A stretch of 63,271 nucleotides of DNA, filler included, from Octopus bimaculoides (GCF_001194135.2; 8 parts of 8 records of this genome joined end to end with filler, not necessarily neighbours in it); one strand, 5' to 3'. Shown: positions 25,375-38,105, counted from the whole stretch's first letter. The notes: generated by a model from the letters alone, not told the origin. Numbers and translations: made by a program.

Positions 25375-26866
25375 CTGTATGAGCATCTCTGCATCTTTGC
25401 AGTCATTGTCACCATCTTCAAGAAAGGAGACAGGAGCCTTTGTGGTAACTATCATGGCATCTCTCTGCTTTCAATCGCAGGCAAGATCATCGCTGGAATT
25501 TTGTTACAACGTCTCCAAGTAGTTGCTGAGTCAGTCTTTCCTGAGTCACAGTGTGGTTTCATAAGGTCAAGAGGTACTATCGACATGATATTTTGTGCAC
25601 GTCAGATCCAGGAGAAGAGCCGAGGGCAACAGAAACCTGTCTTTTTCATCTTCTATGATTTGGAAAAAGCTTTTGACAGTGTCCCAAGAGAGGTCATGTG
25701 GGATATCCTACATCGTTACGGTTGTCCTGATCAAGGGTTTCCATGATGAAATGAGGGGAAGAGTCCTTTATCAGACTGACGTCTCTGAAGAATTCAAGAT
25801 CACCTGTGGCCTGAAGCAGGGATGTGTTCTTGCTCCAACCCTGTTTTCTCTCTACATCGCTGCCATGCTCTCCGAAATTCCAACAGACAACCCCGGAGTG
25901 AAACTCAGATGTAGATTTGATGGCGAACTTTTCAACGTCTTGCGTTTCCGATCAAAACATCGCTGTTGAGAGCACAAGATCACTGAGCTTCAATATGCCG
26001 ATGATAACGCAGCCCCAGCTTCAACTGCAGAGGACCTCTAAACCTCAATAAACAACTTCAGCAGAGCTTATCAAACTTTCGGCCTGAAAGTGAACATCGT
26101 CAAAACCAATGTGCTCACTCAACCAGCTCTTCATACCAACCTTGACAGCCCCAACATCACCATCAACAACCAGTCAATTGAGGTCGTTGAGGATTTCTGC
26201 TATCTTGGAAGTTTTCTGTTACCCACTGCAGGATCTGGTAAGGATATCGAACATCGCATCCAATCAGGTCATGCCTCTTTTGGTCGTCTCAAAGCCAGGG
26301 TCTTTTGCAACAAGGATCTGACATTCAAAACGAAGCTCATGGTCTATCGGGCTGTTGTCGTATCAACTCTGCTGTACGGGTGTGAAACCTGGACTGTTTA
26401 CCGTGAGGACGTGAAGAAACTAGAGCACTTCCATCAATCCAAACTTCGTTCTATCCAGAACATCAACTGGGAAGATCGCATCACCAACAACTCTGTACTT
26501 GAAAGATCAGGTCTCCTGAGCATCAAAGCCTTGATCAGTGAACATCATCTCCGATGGTCAGGTCACGTTTGTTGGATGAATGAACACCGCCTTCCCAAGA
26601 TCTGTCTCTATGGTGAACTGTCTGAAGGAAAATGTCCTCGTGGAGCCCCCTTGAGGCGGTACAAGGACCAACTCAAATCAACCTTGAAAAGCACCAACAT
26701 CGACCCCGCACACTGGGAGGATATCTTGGCAAACAGACCCCTCTGGAGACACACCATCAAAACGGGTTCAGCGGACTTCAAGAAAGCCCGAGTCGCAAGA
26801 GCTGAACTCAAGAGATGGGAGAGAAAGCAGCGCCTTCTCCTTCCCAAACCAACCCCTTCTATCCCT
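25375..26866 (+). mobile_element. RTE/BovB-like LINE, reverse transcriptase region
   Basis: [76 protein letters not shown]. Few frameshifts; the 3' end runs into a gap. Confidence 0.92.
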
Positions 26867-27416
26867 NNNNNNNNNNNNNNNNNNNNNNNNNNNNNNNNNN
26901 NNNNNNNNNNNNNNNNNNNNNNNNNNNNNNNNNNNNNNNNNNNNNNNNNNNNNNNNNNNNNNNNNNNNNNNNNNNNNNNNNNNNNNNNNNNNNNNNNNNN
27001 NNNNNNNNNNNNNNNNNNNNNNNNNNNNNNNNNNNNNNNNNNNNNNNNNNNNNNNNNNNNNNNNNNNNNNNNNNNNNNNNNNNNNNNNNNNNNNNNNNNN
27101 NNNNNNNNNNNNNNNNNNNNNNNNNNNNNNNNNNNNNNNNNNNNNNNNNNNNNNNNNNNNNNNNNNNNNNNNNNNNNNNNNNNNNNNNNNNNNNNNNNNN
27201 NNNNNNNNNNNNNNNNNNNNNNNNNNNNNNNNNNNNNNNNNNNNNNNNNNNNNNNNNNNNNNNNNNNNNNNNNNNNNNNNNNNNNNNNNNNNNNNNNNNN
27301 NNNNNNNNNNNNNNNNNNNNNNNNNNNNNNNNNNNNNNNNNNNNNNNNNNNNNNNNNNNNNNNNNNNNNNNNNNNNNNNNNNNNNNNNNNNNNNNNNNNN
27401 NNNNNNNNNNNNNATA

Positions 27417-28625
27417 TGAGGGGTGTTTATTAAAGATTACTGACCCACTTCTGGTTATTGCAGGAAACAGAATTTGTACAGGTATAATCATGTATGTGCA
27501 GCTTTCCACTAGTATTTGTTTGTCTTTTATGGCTACTGAAGTGGACTAAGGTGTTATAATGGAGGCAGTTGAATGCAGATCAGTGATCAGGTTCTTATAC
27601 TTGTAAGGTTGTACACCAAGAGACTTTCGATGAGATGAAAGAAGTTTATGGCAATGATGCACCATCATACAACATAGTCAAGCACTGGCATCACTGATTC
27701 AAATGTGGTTGGATATTGGTGGAAACTACTCCTATTCCTGGAGGACCACATTCCGCCATTGATGACACCTTCCATAAAGTGGAAGCTGCCACTTTGGAGG
27801 ATCGCCACATAACTATTTGGCAACTGGCCCAAGAAGTGAAGATAAGTGTAGGGTCCATGGAAAAAAAATCATTCACAACCATTTACACATGCGGAAGATG
27901 TCTGCAGGATGGATTTCTTGGATGCTCACACCCTTCCAGAAGCAGGAATGAGTCAATTGCTTCCAGGCTCTTTTGGCAATGTGTCAAGAATATGAGGATA
28001 TTTTTGGCAGAATTATCACACAGGATGAAACATGGGTCCATCACTATGATCCTGAGACTAAAGCCTAATTGAAGCAATGGAAGCATGATAATTCACCACC
28101 TCCAAAGAAGGCTCGTGTCCAACCCTCTGCGAGCAAGGTTATGCTCACAGTCTTTTGGAACCAGTGTGGAGTAGCATGGGGTATATTAAGCTTCTCGGCT
28201 GCAGAAATTGTGAAACACCATCAAAGCAGAAAGGCGCGGCATGCTGACTAAAGGAGTCCGCCTCCTCCAAGACAGTGCATGTTGCCCAGATGAAAAAACA
28301 CTCCGGTTGCTATGAAATCCTTCTTCATCCCTCTTACTCTCCCAACCTCGCACCATCTGGCTGCCACCTCTTTTCAACCATGAAGTCTTTTTTGAAGGGG
28401 AAGCACTTTGTGGATGATGATGAACTTATTTCTGAGGTAAAGCCTTGGCTTCAGATGCAACCTACCGACTTCTACAGACGAGGTCTTCACAGCTGCATAA
28501 AGCAATGGGAGAAATGTATCACCATTGGTGGTGGCTATGTAGAGAAGGACTAATAATTATACCAAGTCTCGTTTATCCCAGTTCTTGGGGAGTGGGGCAG
28601 GGGAAATCTTTATGAACACCCCTCA
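27417..28625 (+). mobile_element. Mariner (DD34D-type) DNA transposon relic
   Basis: TIRs TGAGGGGTGTT(T/C)AT(T)AAAGATT at both ends, TA at the left end. Motifs KVMLTVFW and HPSYSPNLAPSG.HLF, C-terminus GGYVEK. Confidence 0.88.
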
Positions 28626-28629
28626 TGTG

Positions 28630-30732
28630 TGTGTGTGTGAGACGAAGTGTATGGAAGGACGAAAGATAGGAGAGATCGAGGAGATATGTAGTGGTGGAAC
28701 GAGGAGGTGAGGAAGAAGGAGGCGCATAAAGCTTTATGTAATAATAGGACTGAGCAAACGAAAGTCAGGTATAATAACATGAAAAATCATGCAAAGAGGG
28801 AGGTTGCAAGATCTATGAGAAAGGAGGCTGAGGAGAGGTTGAGTGGGCTGGATGAGAACCCAGATAGAGTGTTTAGGTTTATTAAATCAATAAAAAAAGA
28901 TGGAAGAGATGTTAAGGGAGGAAGATGCATCAGGGGGAGTGACGGAAGGTTGAATTTTAGTGAGAAGGACAGGGGAAGAGTTTAGAAGGAGTATATAGTA
29001 GAAAATAAGGAACAAGGAGAATAAATGGGATCAGAGCGTGGAAATTGCTGCAGTGAAGAGGGTTAGTTGGGAAGAAGTAGCTGAGGCAATAAAGGAAATG
29101 AAAACGGGAAAGGCAGCTGATCCATCAGAAGTAAGTGTAGAAATGATAACTGCAAATGGAGAGATAGCGATTGTTGTGATGTTGGAGCTCTGCCAGGGTG
29201 TGTTGGATGGAAGAGGAATGCCAGATGATACGTGTGCTGGTACCGATCTTCAAGGGGAAGGGGGATGTGATGAGTTGTGGGGCTTATAGGGGAGTGAAGT
29301 TATTGGCGCATGAAATGAAGGTAGTGGAAAGGAGAATTTGGAAGCAGGTGGATGTGTATGCGATGCAATTTGGTTTTATGCCAGGTCGGGGGTCAATAGA
29401 TGCAGTGTTCATTGTAAGGAGATTGCAAGAGGAATATTGAGATAAGGAGAAGGAGTTGTACATGTGCTTTGTTGATCTGGAGAAGGCATTTGATAGGGTT
29501 CCAAGGAAGGTGATTGAGTGGGCATTGAGGAAGAGAGGTGTATTGAAGGCAGTGATGAGTTTGTATGAGGGGATAAAGACAAAAGTTAGAATTGGATCAG
29601 AGCTGTCGGAGGAGTTTGCGGTGAAAGTTGGTGTGCATCAGGGATCTGTGTTGTTACCGTTGTTGTTTGCAATAGTGGTTGATGTGGTGATGGAGAGTGC
29701 AAGAGAACGACTGATAGAGGAAATACTGTATGTGGATGACTTTGTTCTGATGAGTGAGAGATAGAGGGATTGAGGGAGAAGTTTTGGAAATGGAAGGATA
29801 TGTTTGAAAGCAAGTGTTTGAAGGTAAACAAAGATGATGATGAGCGGGGTGGAAGGAAAAGTGTTAGTAAGGTGGATCTATGTGGTATGTGTGGGAGGAG
29901 GGTAATGGCAAATGTGGTGGTGTGTACGAGATCTGAGAAATGGATTCATGGTAGATGTACGAAAATGAAGAAAGTGACCCCAAGACTGGCGAAAGAGTTT
30001 GTTTGTGGAAGGTGTGAGAAAGGAGCTGGAAGGCTGGCAGAACCAGTGGAAATGCTATGTGACGAAGTGGAAACAGTGAGAGGGTTTTGTTATTTGGGAG
30101 ATAGGGTGGATGTAAGTGGTGGATGTGAAGCAGCTGTGACAGCAAGAGCAAAACTTGGCTGGGTGAAGTTCAGGGAATATGGAGCGTTGTTATATGGGAA
30201 AAGGTTCTCATTAAAGATGATAGGAAGGGTCTATAAGAGTTGTGTGAGAGCTGCAATGCTGTATGGGAGTGAGACATGGTATCTGAGGGAGAGAGAGATG
30301 GTAATTTTGAGAAGGACTGAGAGAGCAGTGGTGAGAGAAATGTGTGGGATGAAGCTGTTTGATAAGAGGAGGACTAAGGATTTGATGGGAATGTTGAGGT
30401 TGGAGAAATCAGTGGAATGGTTGGCAAGGGCGAATGGAGTGAAATGGTATGGGTATGCATTGAGGAAGGATGAAGAGCATGTTTTGAGGAGGGTGATTGC
30501 ATTTGAGGTAAATGGAGTGCGAAAGCGAGGTAGACCAAGGAAAAGGTGGAGGGGACAGGTGGAGGGGACAGGTGGAGGAGGAGACTGGGTGGATTGGTTT
30601 GAAAAAGGAGGACGCCCAGAATCGGGTAAGATGGCGTGAGGACGGTTGCTTTGACATTGAGGTAGATCCAGCCACTCTCATAAAATAGGGACAAAACCCA
30701 GATTTAAAACACTGGATGATGATGATGATGAT
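28630..30732 (+). mobile_element. RTE-clade LINE (5' truncated) with PHD-like insertion after the RT core
   Basis: QFGFMPGRG, FVDLEKAFDRVPR, GVHQGSVL.PLLF, LYVDD, LYGSETW, GRPRKRW and a (GAT)n tail. Confidence 0.9.
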
Positions 30733-30803
30733 GCTAGATGGGTCAAAACAATTGTAGTGATTAATAAAACATTCTCATATCTTCCATCTCTCTCATTAAT
30801 CAA

Positions 30804-30848
<45 letters not shown>

Positions 30849-31326
30849 NNNNNNNNNNTAAAGAATCACAATTAATATTCTAAATACAATTTGTTAGGTC
30901 ACTGCGTCATTTTTTCACTCAAAGAAATTCCTAATAATGAATAAAATCCATAAAACTACACAAGTAAACATTTTCTCCCTAATAAAATCAAAATTTCTTC
31001 TTTCTAATACAAATCCTTTCAACTCCTACTTTCTCTTATAAACCTTTACGAACAATCCAACAACAAATACAAAAAGAAAGGAAGGAGAAACACTGACAGT
31101 AAAAGAAAACTATTTCAGTATCAAAACTGAAACAATCACATTTCGATACTGTAATGACAGTTTCACTTTAATGGTTTCATTTTAATACTACAGACATATA
31201 TACATACCTCATTCTAACTCATCCTTCACCATGATAACAAAAGAAAAAAATAGTCACACATCTTTTTCAAATACGATCGACAAACATTTATTCCCAACAA
31301 ACTGTGAGTTTTTTGGAAAATCTTTT

Positions 31327-31430
31327 CGTAAATCTTGAGATTAACACCTGCATGATTACCTACCTAACCCTAAAACCCCAACTCTAACACTGTTGTGAAA
31401 ATCGTGCGAGTGTTAATCTGAAAATTTAAC
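31327..31430. mobile_element. MITE with telomere-like core, 8-bp TSD AATCTTTT
   Basis: Imperfect TIRs (..AGATTAACAC../..GTGTTAATCT..), a CCCTAA-like core and an identical 8-mer on both flanks. Confidence 0.7.
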
Positions 31431-31551
31431 AATCTTTTTTAAAACACTTTTACTTACTAACATTTTTTTATTTAGTGTGTGTGTGTGTGTGTTGCCCAAA
31501 TATATATACACTTAAGACTTAGTTGTGGGTTGGGAGTTTGATCAGCAGATG

Positions 31552-31583
<32 letters not shown>

Positions 31584-31584
31584 T

Positions 31585-31745
31585 TAAATTTTTCCCCCAA
31601 GGGCGGCTTCGGGTAGGTGGAGAATAGTTGATTATATCAACCCGTGTCCAACTGGTACTTATTTTTTAGACCCCGAAAGGATGAAAGGCAAAGTTGACTT
31701 CAGTGGAATTTGAACTCAGAACGTAGAGATGGGTACAAACCTCCC
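31585..31745 (-). mobile_element. SINE family A
   Basis: GACCCCGAAAGGATGAAAGGCAAAGTTGAC..GGAATTTGAACTCAGAACG. Confidence 0.75.
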
Positions 31746-32912
31746 GTCGCTACACTGATTCTGTAGAACAGGGTTGAGTGTGAAAACCAACTTTAAAGTG
31801 TAAATATAGATGTTTTTGAATACACANNNNNNNNNNATTCTGTAGAACAGGGTTGAGTGTGAAAACCAACTTTAAAGTGTAAATATAGATGTTTTTGAAT
31901 ACACACTCATACATACATACGTACAAATACACACATACATACAAATAAACACATACATACAAATACCTGTCAGTCTCTTCCAAATACGATTGACAGTCAA
32001 ACATTTATTCCTTACAAACGCATTTACTTATGACCATATATATATACACACAGAATGCACATTAATACACACATACATACAAATACCTATCATTCTTTTT
32101 TACTTAGTGTGTGTGTGTGTGTTGCCCATCTTAATATATAATGCTGAAGTTCTGTATCTGTGTGAAGCCTTTTTAAAAGTTTATAGAAATCCACATTTTC
32201 CACTTTTTCGTACAAATTTTTACATCAATGGAATTTTCTCGATGTGAACTTTCCAGTGCAGTAATTAGATTTTTAAAATTCCGTTTACTTTGTGTGATTT
32301 AAGGGTGATTAGGCTGTTGTTTCTAGCAACTTCTATATTTTTTCCCTTCTACCTGTACCGGCATTCTTACACATTGATCACGCGCTCGACATATAATATA
32401 CAGAGTAAGAGTAAAAGAGAGAGAGAGAAAGTGATACACACAGTCATAGATTAACTTGCTTTAAGACTATTTCTTCCTTCTACCTTTTCATTCTTACTTC
32501 GTTCTTCTTCCTCTCTCCCATTTAATAGCTTTCTTCTATCCCTCTACCTCTAACATATTTTTCATAATATAGAAATGTAAAAACACACAACCACACATAC
32601 GTGATCTGTGACAACATACACATACACACATCAACATTATAGATATAAGATTTAGCTTTCGTGTGTTTCTTATATAAACATGCGCACGCATTGCTATTTT
32701 ATAACTGTTTTCCGTTCTCCCTTCCTATCTTTCTCTATTCCTTTCTCCCCCCTCTCTCCCTCTTCTCTCTCGCTCTCTCAAACGCATACACACGCACGTA
32801 CACACAAGCATTCACTACAAGATAACTCATGTTCGTCAATGTTTTGTAAATATACAAACTATGGAGCTTATGGACAACACATTGCAAATCAGTGAACTTC
32901 ATTACAAATGTG

Positions 32913-33114
32913 GGTAATTTTTCAGATTAATACCCAAACGATTTTCACTCGGGTGTTAGGGTTAGGGTTTTTGGGTCAGGGTTAGAGTTTTAGGGTTACA
33001 GTTAGGGTTAGGGTTACAATGAGGGTTAGTGTTATGGTTACGGTTTTAGGGTCAGGGTTAGGGTCTAAGGATTACGGTTACGTAATCGTGAGGGTGTTAA
33101 TCTGAAAAATTACC
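32913..33114. mobile_element. MITE with degenerate (TTAGGG)n core, 31-bp TIRs, 8-bp TSD
   Basis: TIR GGTAATTTTTCAGATTAA(T/C)ACCC..ACGATT, 28 of 31 identical; flanks CAAATGTG / GAAATGTG. Confidence 0.85.
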
Positions 33115-33164
33115 GAAATGTGAAAACTACCGACCCTGCCAACTGTTATAACTTTTGTTGTTCT

Positions 33165-33686
33165 CTTTAATATGTACATAGATTATGCCTCCAAACAAGA
33201 CAACTTGCTGGGGAAAGAAAGCAACCGGTTTAAAAAGACAGCAACAGACTGCATCAATTCAACACATTCCAGAAGCTACTTTGAACATAATGCAAAATGG
33301 TGCATCAACATCTTCTGCCCAATCTGATACAATTCTGGCAGAACTGTGTAGCAACAGATCACCAGCAATTGCTTCATTACAAATTGCCGTCCTAGCTCCT
33401 GTGAAAAGGGATTACCCTGCCATTTATAATCAGGGCAGCGCAAAAAGTTGTTTTGCACAAGCATTTCTATAGCCAATTAGACGGATGAAATTTACGTACG
33501 CTTAATAATGTTACGCAAAACAGCCTTCAGACTTTCCCTATTAATTTCATCGTCTTTTGAATTATGAACATATTTACATAAGGGTTTTTTCATTGTAAGG
33601 CTTTCTTTTTTAGTTGATTTTCACCTAGCAAGACTTATCGTAGATGGCGTAATAAGTCACACCTGGACGTCTGGTTATATTGCTAG
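33165..33686 (+). mobile_element. Possible non-autonomous Helitron derivative
   Basis: A short ORF starts MPPNK (compare the Helitron start MPPKKR at 36775) and the segment ends in CTAG followed by T. Confidence 0.35.
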
Positions 33687-33697
33687 TATATCTATAA

Positions 33698-34490
33698 ATC
33701 ATCATCATCATTTAATGTCTGCTTTCCATGCTGGCATGAGTTGGATGGTTTGACTGAAAACTAGTAAGCCGGGCAGCTGTACCAGGTTCCAATCTGATTT
33801 GGCAGAGTTTCTACAGCTGGACGTCCTTCCTAACGCCAACCACTCTGAAAGTGTAGTGGGTGCTTTTTATGTGTCACTGGCATGGGTGCCATTAACCTGA
33901 CAACAGCATCGGCCATGGCTATGGTCTTACTTGACTTGACAGGTCTACACAAGCACAGTATATTGCCAAAGGTTTTGGTCACCTGTCACTGTCTCCATGA
34001 GGCCCAATACTTGAATGGTCCTTTTTACGTTCCAATCAGATGGCACTAGTATCGGATATGACTACAATTTCATTTTTCTCGACAGGTCTTCACAAGTACA
34101 GTATATAGCCCAACATTTGAAGGATGCTTGGCTCGACAGGTCCTCACAAGCATTGCATACTTGAAGGGTGCATTTAACAGGCCAGTTACGTGACACTGAC
34201 ATTGGTCATGACTATGATCTCAGTTGGCTTGACGGGTCTTCTCAAGCATAGCATACCGCCAAAGGTCTCAGTCGCTTGTCATTGCTTCTTGTGAGACCCA
34301 ACATTTGAAGATCATGCTTCACCACCTTGTCCCATGTCTTCCTGGGCCTACCACTCCACCGTTAGAGTGTGATACTTCTTCACACAGCTGTCCTCATCCA
34401 TACGCATCACACGACCATACCAGTGCAGTCATCTCTCTTGCACACTACATCTGATGCTTCTTATGCCCAACTTTTCTCTCAGGATACTTA
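33698..34490 (-). mobile_element. RTE LINE 3' end (C-terminus plus long 3' UTR, (ATG)n tail)
   Basis: LREKLGIRSI...LHWYGRVMRMDEDSCVKK...GRPRKTW, followed by the shared 3' UTR. Confidence 0.85.
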
Positions 34491-34659
34491 CATAAATGCA
34501 TATATATGCATGTGTGTGTGTGTATACAAACACAGCTGATGGTTGGGAGTGTCAATTGCACTGCAATGAATATTAACCTACACCTACTTAAAAATTACTG
34601 ACGAAAAGGCAAAAAATTTTTTTTAATTAGAAAAAGTTATAAAATTAGGAAGCGAAGTA

Positions 34660-37600
34660 ATCCTATAAAACCTCCTTGTACACAATGTTTTTTGTTTTTC
34701 CTTGTGGAACGAATGCAAAAGCATCACGCGAGCAGCCAACATAAAGCTGACCATGAGAGAAACATGGCTCCCCCAAATGTATTCCCGTGACAGACAGCAT
34801 TTGCCCCTGTGCTTTTTTAATTGACATTGCGAAGCATGGCCTGGCTGGAAACTGGGACCTCTGAAATGTGAAAGGTAGGTCTGCTCCTAATGGGAAAAGA
34901 TGCATCCTCGATATGAGCACAACGTTGCCTCGACCGCACCCTGTGATTATTGTGGCCTCGATTAGATCGGGAGGTAAGGACTTAACGATCAAACGTGTCC
35001 CATTGCAATATGTCAGCGGAACCAAATTTCGAATGAGCATTATAGGGGCACCAAGTTTAAGTTTCAGATTGTGTGGGGGTAGTCCAGGGGGATCAAAGGA
35101 ATTTAGTACCTCTATTGGATAGTTGATGATGTCCTCGGGGTCAGGAGTTCTATTGATAGACATATATATATAGCAATCCCCAAGAATGAGTTTTAACATT
35201 TGATCATTAATATGGTTAACAGTTTTATTCTTCAGGGCCAGAATAGCCCTTTGGCCAATCCAATCCATATTCTGATAATTTGCTTGGTGATCTTGGGAAC
35301 ACTGCATCCGTGAGATCAGAAGGCGTATTAACAATGTTACAAAGTGAATCGATGGCAACATTACCCTTTTCATCGCAGGGAGTTTCGCCTTCGCCAAGTG
35401 CAAGGAGAGTGTTAGAAAATTCTGCTGATGCTATGTCACCTTGCATATGAGTATGCATGTTAGTGTTGAGTTTCAGAGTCTTCAGCAGGGGCCACAATGT
35501 AAATGACTTAAGACACGCACATACTGTATCAGCTCTAGTTGAAGACAACTGTCACAGCTATGAATAAGTATGTCTCGCTTATTGTGCTGTTCACCATGGA
35601 GAAGTACAGCCACTTCATTGCACAAAGAAGCATTATAACGGCGTGCATGCTCCCCAGAAGGTCTTTTGTCAGCATCAATGACAATGGTGAAGTTTGGTGA
35701 AGGGGCTGTTTGCAAGGCATATTTGAAACTGCGAATATAGCTGTTGTGCTCATGAAGCATGTTTTGTAGATTGAGTAGAACGTCCCTGTCAAAAGTGTCA
35801 CATCAAGTTGCCTACTGTAGTTGGAAATGAAGTAAACTTGGAGGAACAAAGGCTTGCAATTTTGTAGTGGCTGGGGTAACCCAATAAGATGGTACACCTG
35901 TCCCTGGACCTTGAAAGTAGGCAGCCAACCAGTGTCTGTGACGTTAGCTCTGAAAGAAGTCATGTGAAATGCACAATTGTAATTTCTGATGATTTGAAGG
36001 AATTTTGATGACCTTGAGGTAGAAGCAGTTAGTAGTTCCTTCAAAGGCTGTGGCGGTTCTGGAAGAGGGAGCAAGCTGACCCTACCGTTTAAGCAGCACA
36101 TTTCAGGTGTCTCCCCAGCCCACTTTTTAGCATTGCAGAATTGGCAATTGAAGCACATTTCCCCTATATTTATGTCAGTGCGGATGCTATTATTAAAGTT
36201 TGGCTCAAACTTGAAAGCCCGTAGGTGCCAGTAATGGCTGCCGTTGACTGTTTTGCTGCAATGTAGAATGTAGCTGGTGCTGGTCGTGTGAAGGTCTCAC
36301 AGCAGTAGTAGAAGGCACATTTGCAAATGATAATGGACCGCCCATCTGCATCTTCAGAAACTATGGAAGCAGTCATAGCCACAGCGTTCCTAAGAAGGCA
36401 AGTCGTCCATTGTTGCAAACGTTCGGAAGGGCTGGAATTAGCAGTAGCCGCAGCGTTTCTAGCTAGTCGAGTGGCCCTTTGTTCCTGGCCCTCTGAATCC
36501 CTGGAAGCAGCATTAGCAGCAGCGTTTCTAGCCAGGCAAGTCGCCCTTTGTTCCAGGTCCTCTGTAACCCTGGAAGCAGCATCGTATGAAGCCATGTTGG
36601 CTAAGCGTATGGTGCGCTATTGGAAACTTCCTGCAGCTCAGCATTGCACTGCATGTAAGGCGCTCTGTGAAAGTGTAAAAGCAGTTTGGTCAGAGGACTC
36701 GTTTACTCTAATCACCTTTAGTGCCAGTGCTGAGACGGTATGGCGACTGAGGCGACTTCTCTTTTTCGGTGGCATTGAATGTCCAAAAGAAAGGGTAAAA
36801 GTACAGAGAAATTGTCTTGGAAAGTATGTGTAAAATTGAAGGGGGAAAAGGTGATAAGAAACAGCAAATAAATAAATAAACTGACAGGTATTAGTATGTA
36901 TGTGTGTATTTGTATGTATGTATGTATTAGTGTGTATTATGTGTATGNNNNNNNNNNNNNNNNNNNNNNNNNNNNNNNNNNNNNNNNNNNNNNNNNNNNN
37001 NNNNNGTTTTAAAAAAGATTTTCAAGAAACTCACAGTTTGTAGGGAATGTTTGACTGTTGATCGTATTAGGAAAAGACTGACAGGTATTTGTATGTATGT
37101 GTTTATTTGTATGTATGGGTGTATTTGTACGTATGTATGTATGTATGAGTGTGTATTCTCTGTGTATATATATGGTAGCAAGTAAATGTGTGAGAAAAGA
37201 TTTTCCAAAAACTCACAGTTTGTATTGGAAAACCTCAGTTTGTAGGGAAAAGTAAATGTGTTTTAATAAAGAGTCGATCGTATTTGAAAAAGATGGACAG
37301 GTATTTGTATGTATGTGTTTATTTGTATGTATGTGTATGTATGTATGTATGAGTGTGTATTCTCCGTGTATATATATATATATATATATGGTAGTAAGTA
37401 AATGTGTGAAAAAAGATTTTTTAAAAATTCAGTTTGTAGGGAATAAAAGTTTGTCGATCGCATTTATGTATGTATGCCTGTATATATGTGAGATAAGTTT
37501 CACTTTAATAGTTTCAGTATTAAAGTGAAACTGTCTGACATTAGAATAGAGAGATGTTATTGTTTCACTTTTGACACGTAATACTGCAATAGTGGGGATG

Positions 37601-37779
37601 TGATATTGCACTGGGCTTACACTAGGCAAGAAATAAAAAAATTTTTGGCCTAAAACACTACCTGGACCCTAAGTAAGGCATGTGTAAAATTTGAATGAAA
37701 TTGGTTGTGTAGTTCTCAAGTTTTAGGGATTCACACAGACAGACACACAGACACACATTCTCATCTTTATATATATAGA
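34660..37779 (-). mobile_element. Internally deleted Helitron (RepHel N-terminus plus PIF1 helicase C-terminus)
   Basis: 5' end A|TCTATATATATAAAG at 37779; start MPPKKR at 36775; CQFCNAKKWAGETPEMCCLNGRV; FKVQGQVYHLIG; GEHARRYNA; PPHNLKLKLGAPIMLIRNL..CNGTRL; QFP....FAMSI.KAQGQ; FSHGQLYVGCSR. The 3' terminus was not located. Confidence 0.92.
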
Positions 37780-38073
37780 TAGCAATCGGCAATATCAAAC
37801 GCTAATAAAAAACAGAAACAAAATTCACCCCATAATACTGAAAGTGGTACCCCAGCATGGCCATTACCATAATAGCTATTAAATCTGAAGAGCAAAAATT
37901 AGTGTTGTGGATCTATCAGAATAATAGAAAGTGGGAAGGAGAGGGAAGAGGGAGAAGGAAGAAGTGATAGGGAGGGAAGTGAGGAGAGAGGGAGGGACAG
38001 AAAGGGAGGATGGGAGAGATAGTTGTTATTTCACATTATTTGGTCTCTTCTTTCCTCCACACCAAATACTTAC

Positions 38074-38105
38074 GACAGGGTTTTCTCAGACACTGGCGGA
38101 ATGTT
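38074..38105 (-). CDS. EXOC4: EXOC4 32-nt exon (NIPPVSEKTL+2 nt)
   Basis: Acceptor tttctcttttgCAG| and donor |GTAAGT. The peptide matches the recalled human EXOC4 DLPPVSEQ. Confidence 0.8.

Larger units (their letters stand above)
31100..32130 (+). mobile_element. Helitron-derived non-coding segment, homologous and inverted to 36880-37580
   Basis: Shares caaactgtgagttt..gaaaatcttt, aaatacctgtcagtc and acagtttcactttaat with the Helitron 5' region. Confidence 0.55.

Noticed and set aside
31245-31270. Minus-strand KKMC resembling EXOC4 KKMCRNIF
   Set aside because: It continues as DYFF, lies in Helitron-derived repeat and has no splice signals.
31760-31900. Direct duplications on both sides of small gaps (also 50606-50870)
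   Set aside because: Near-identical sequence repeated across an N run is typical of unmerged contig overlaps.
32940-33085. Chromosome end or fusion scar suggested by TTAGGG repeats
   Set aside because: The repeats are short, degenerate and enclosed by TIRs and a TSD, so they are better explained as a MITE.
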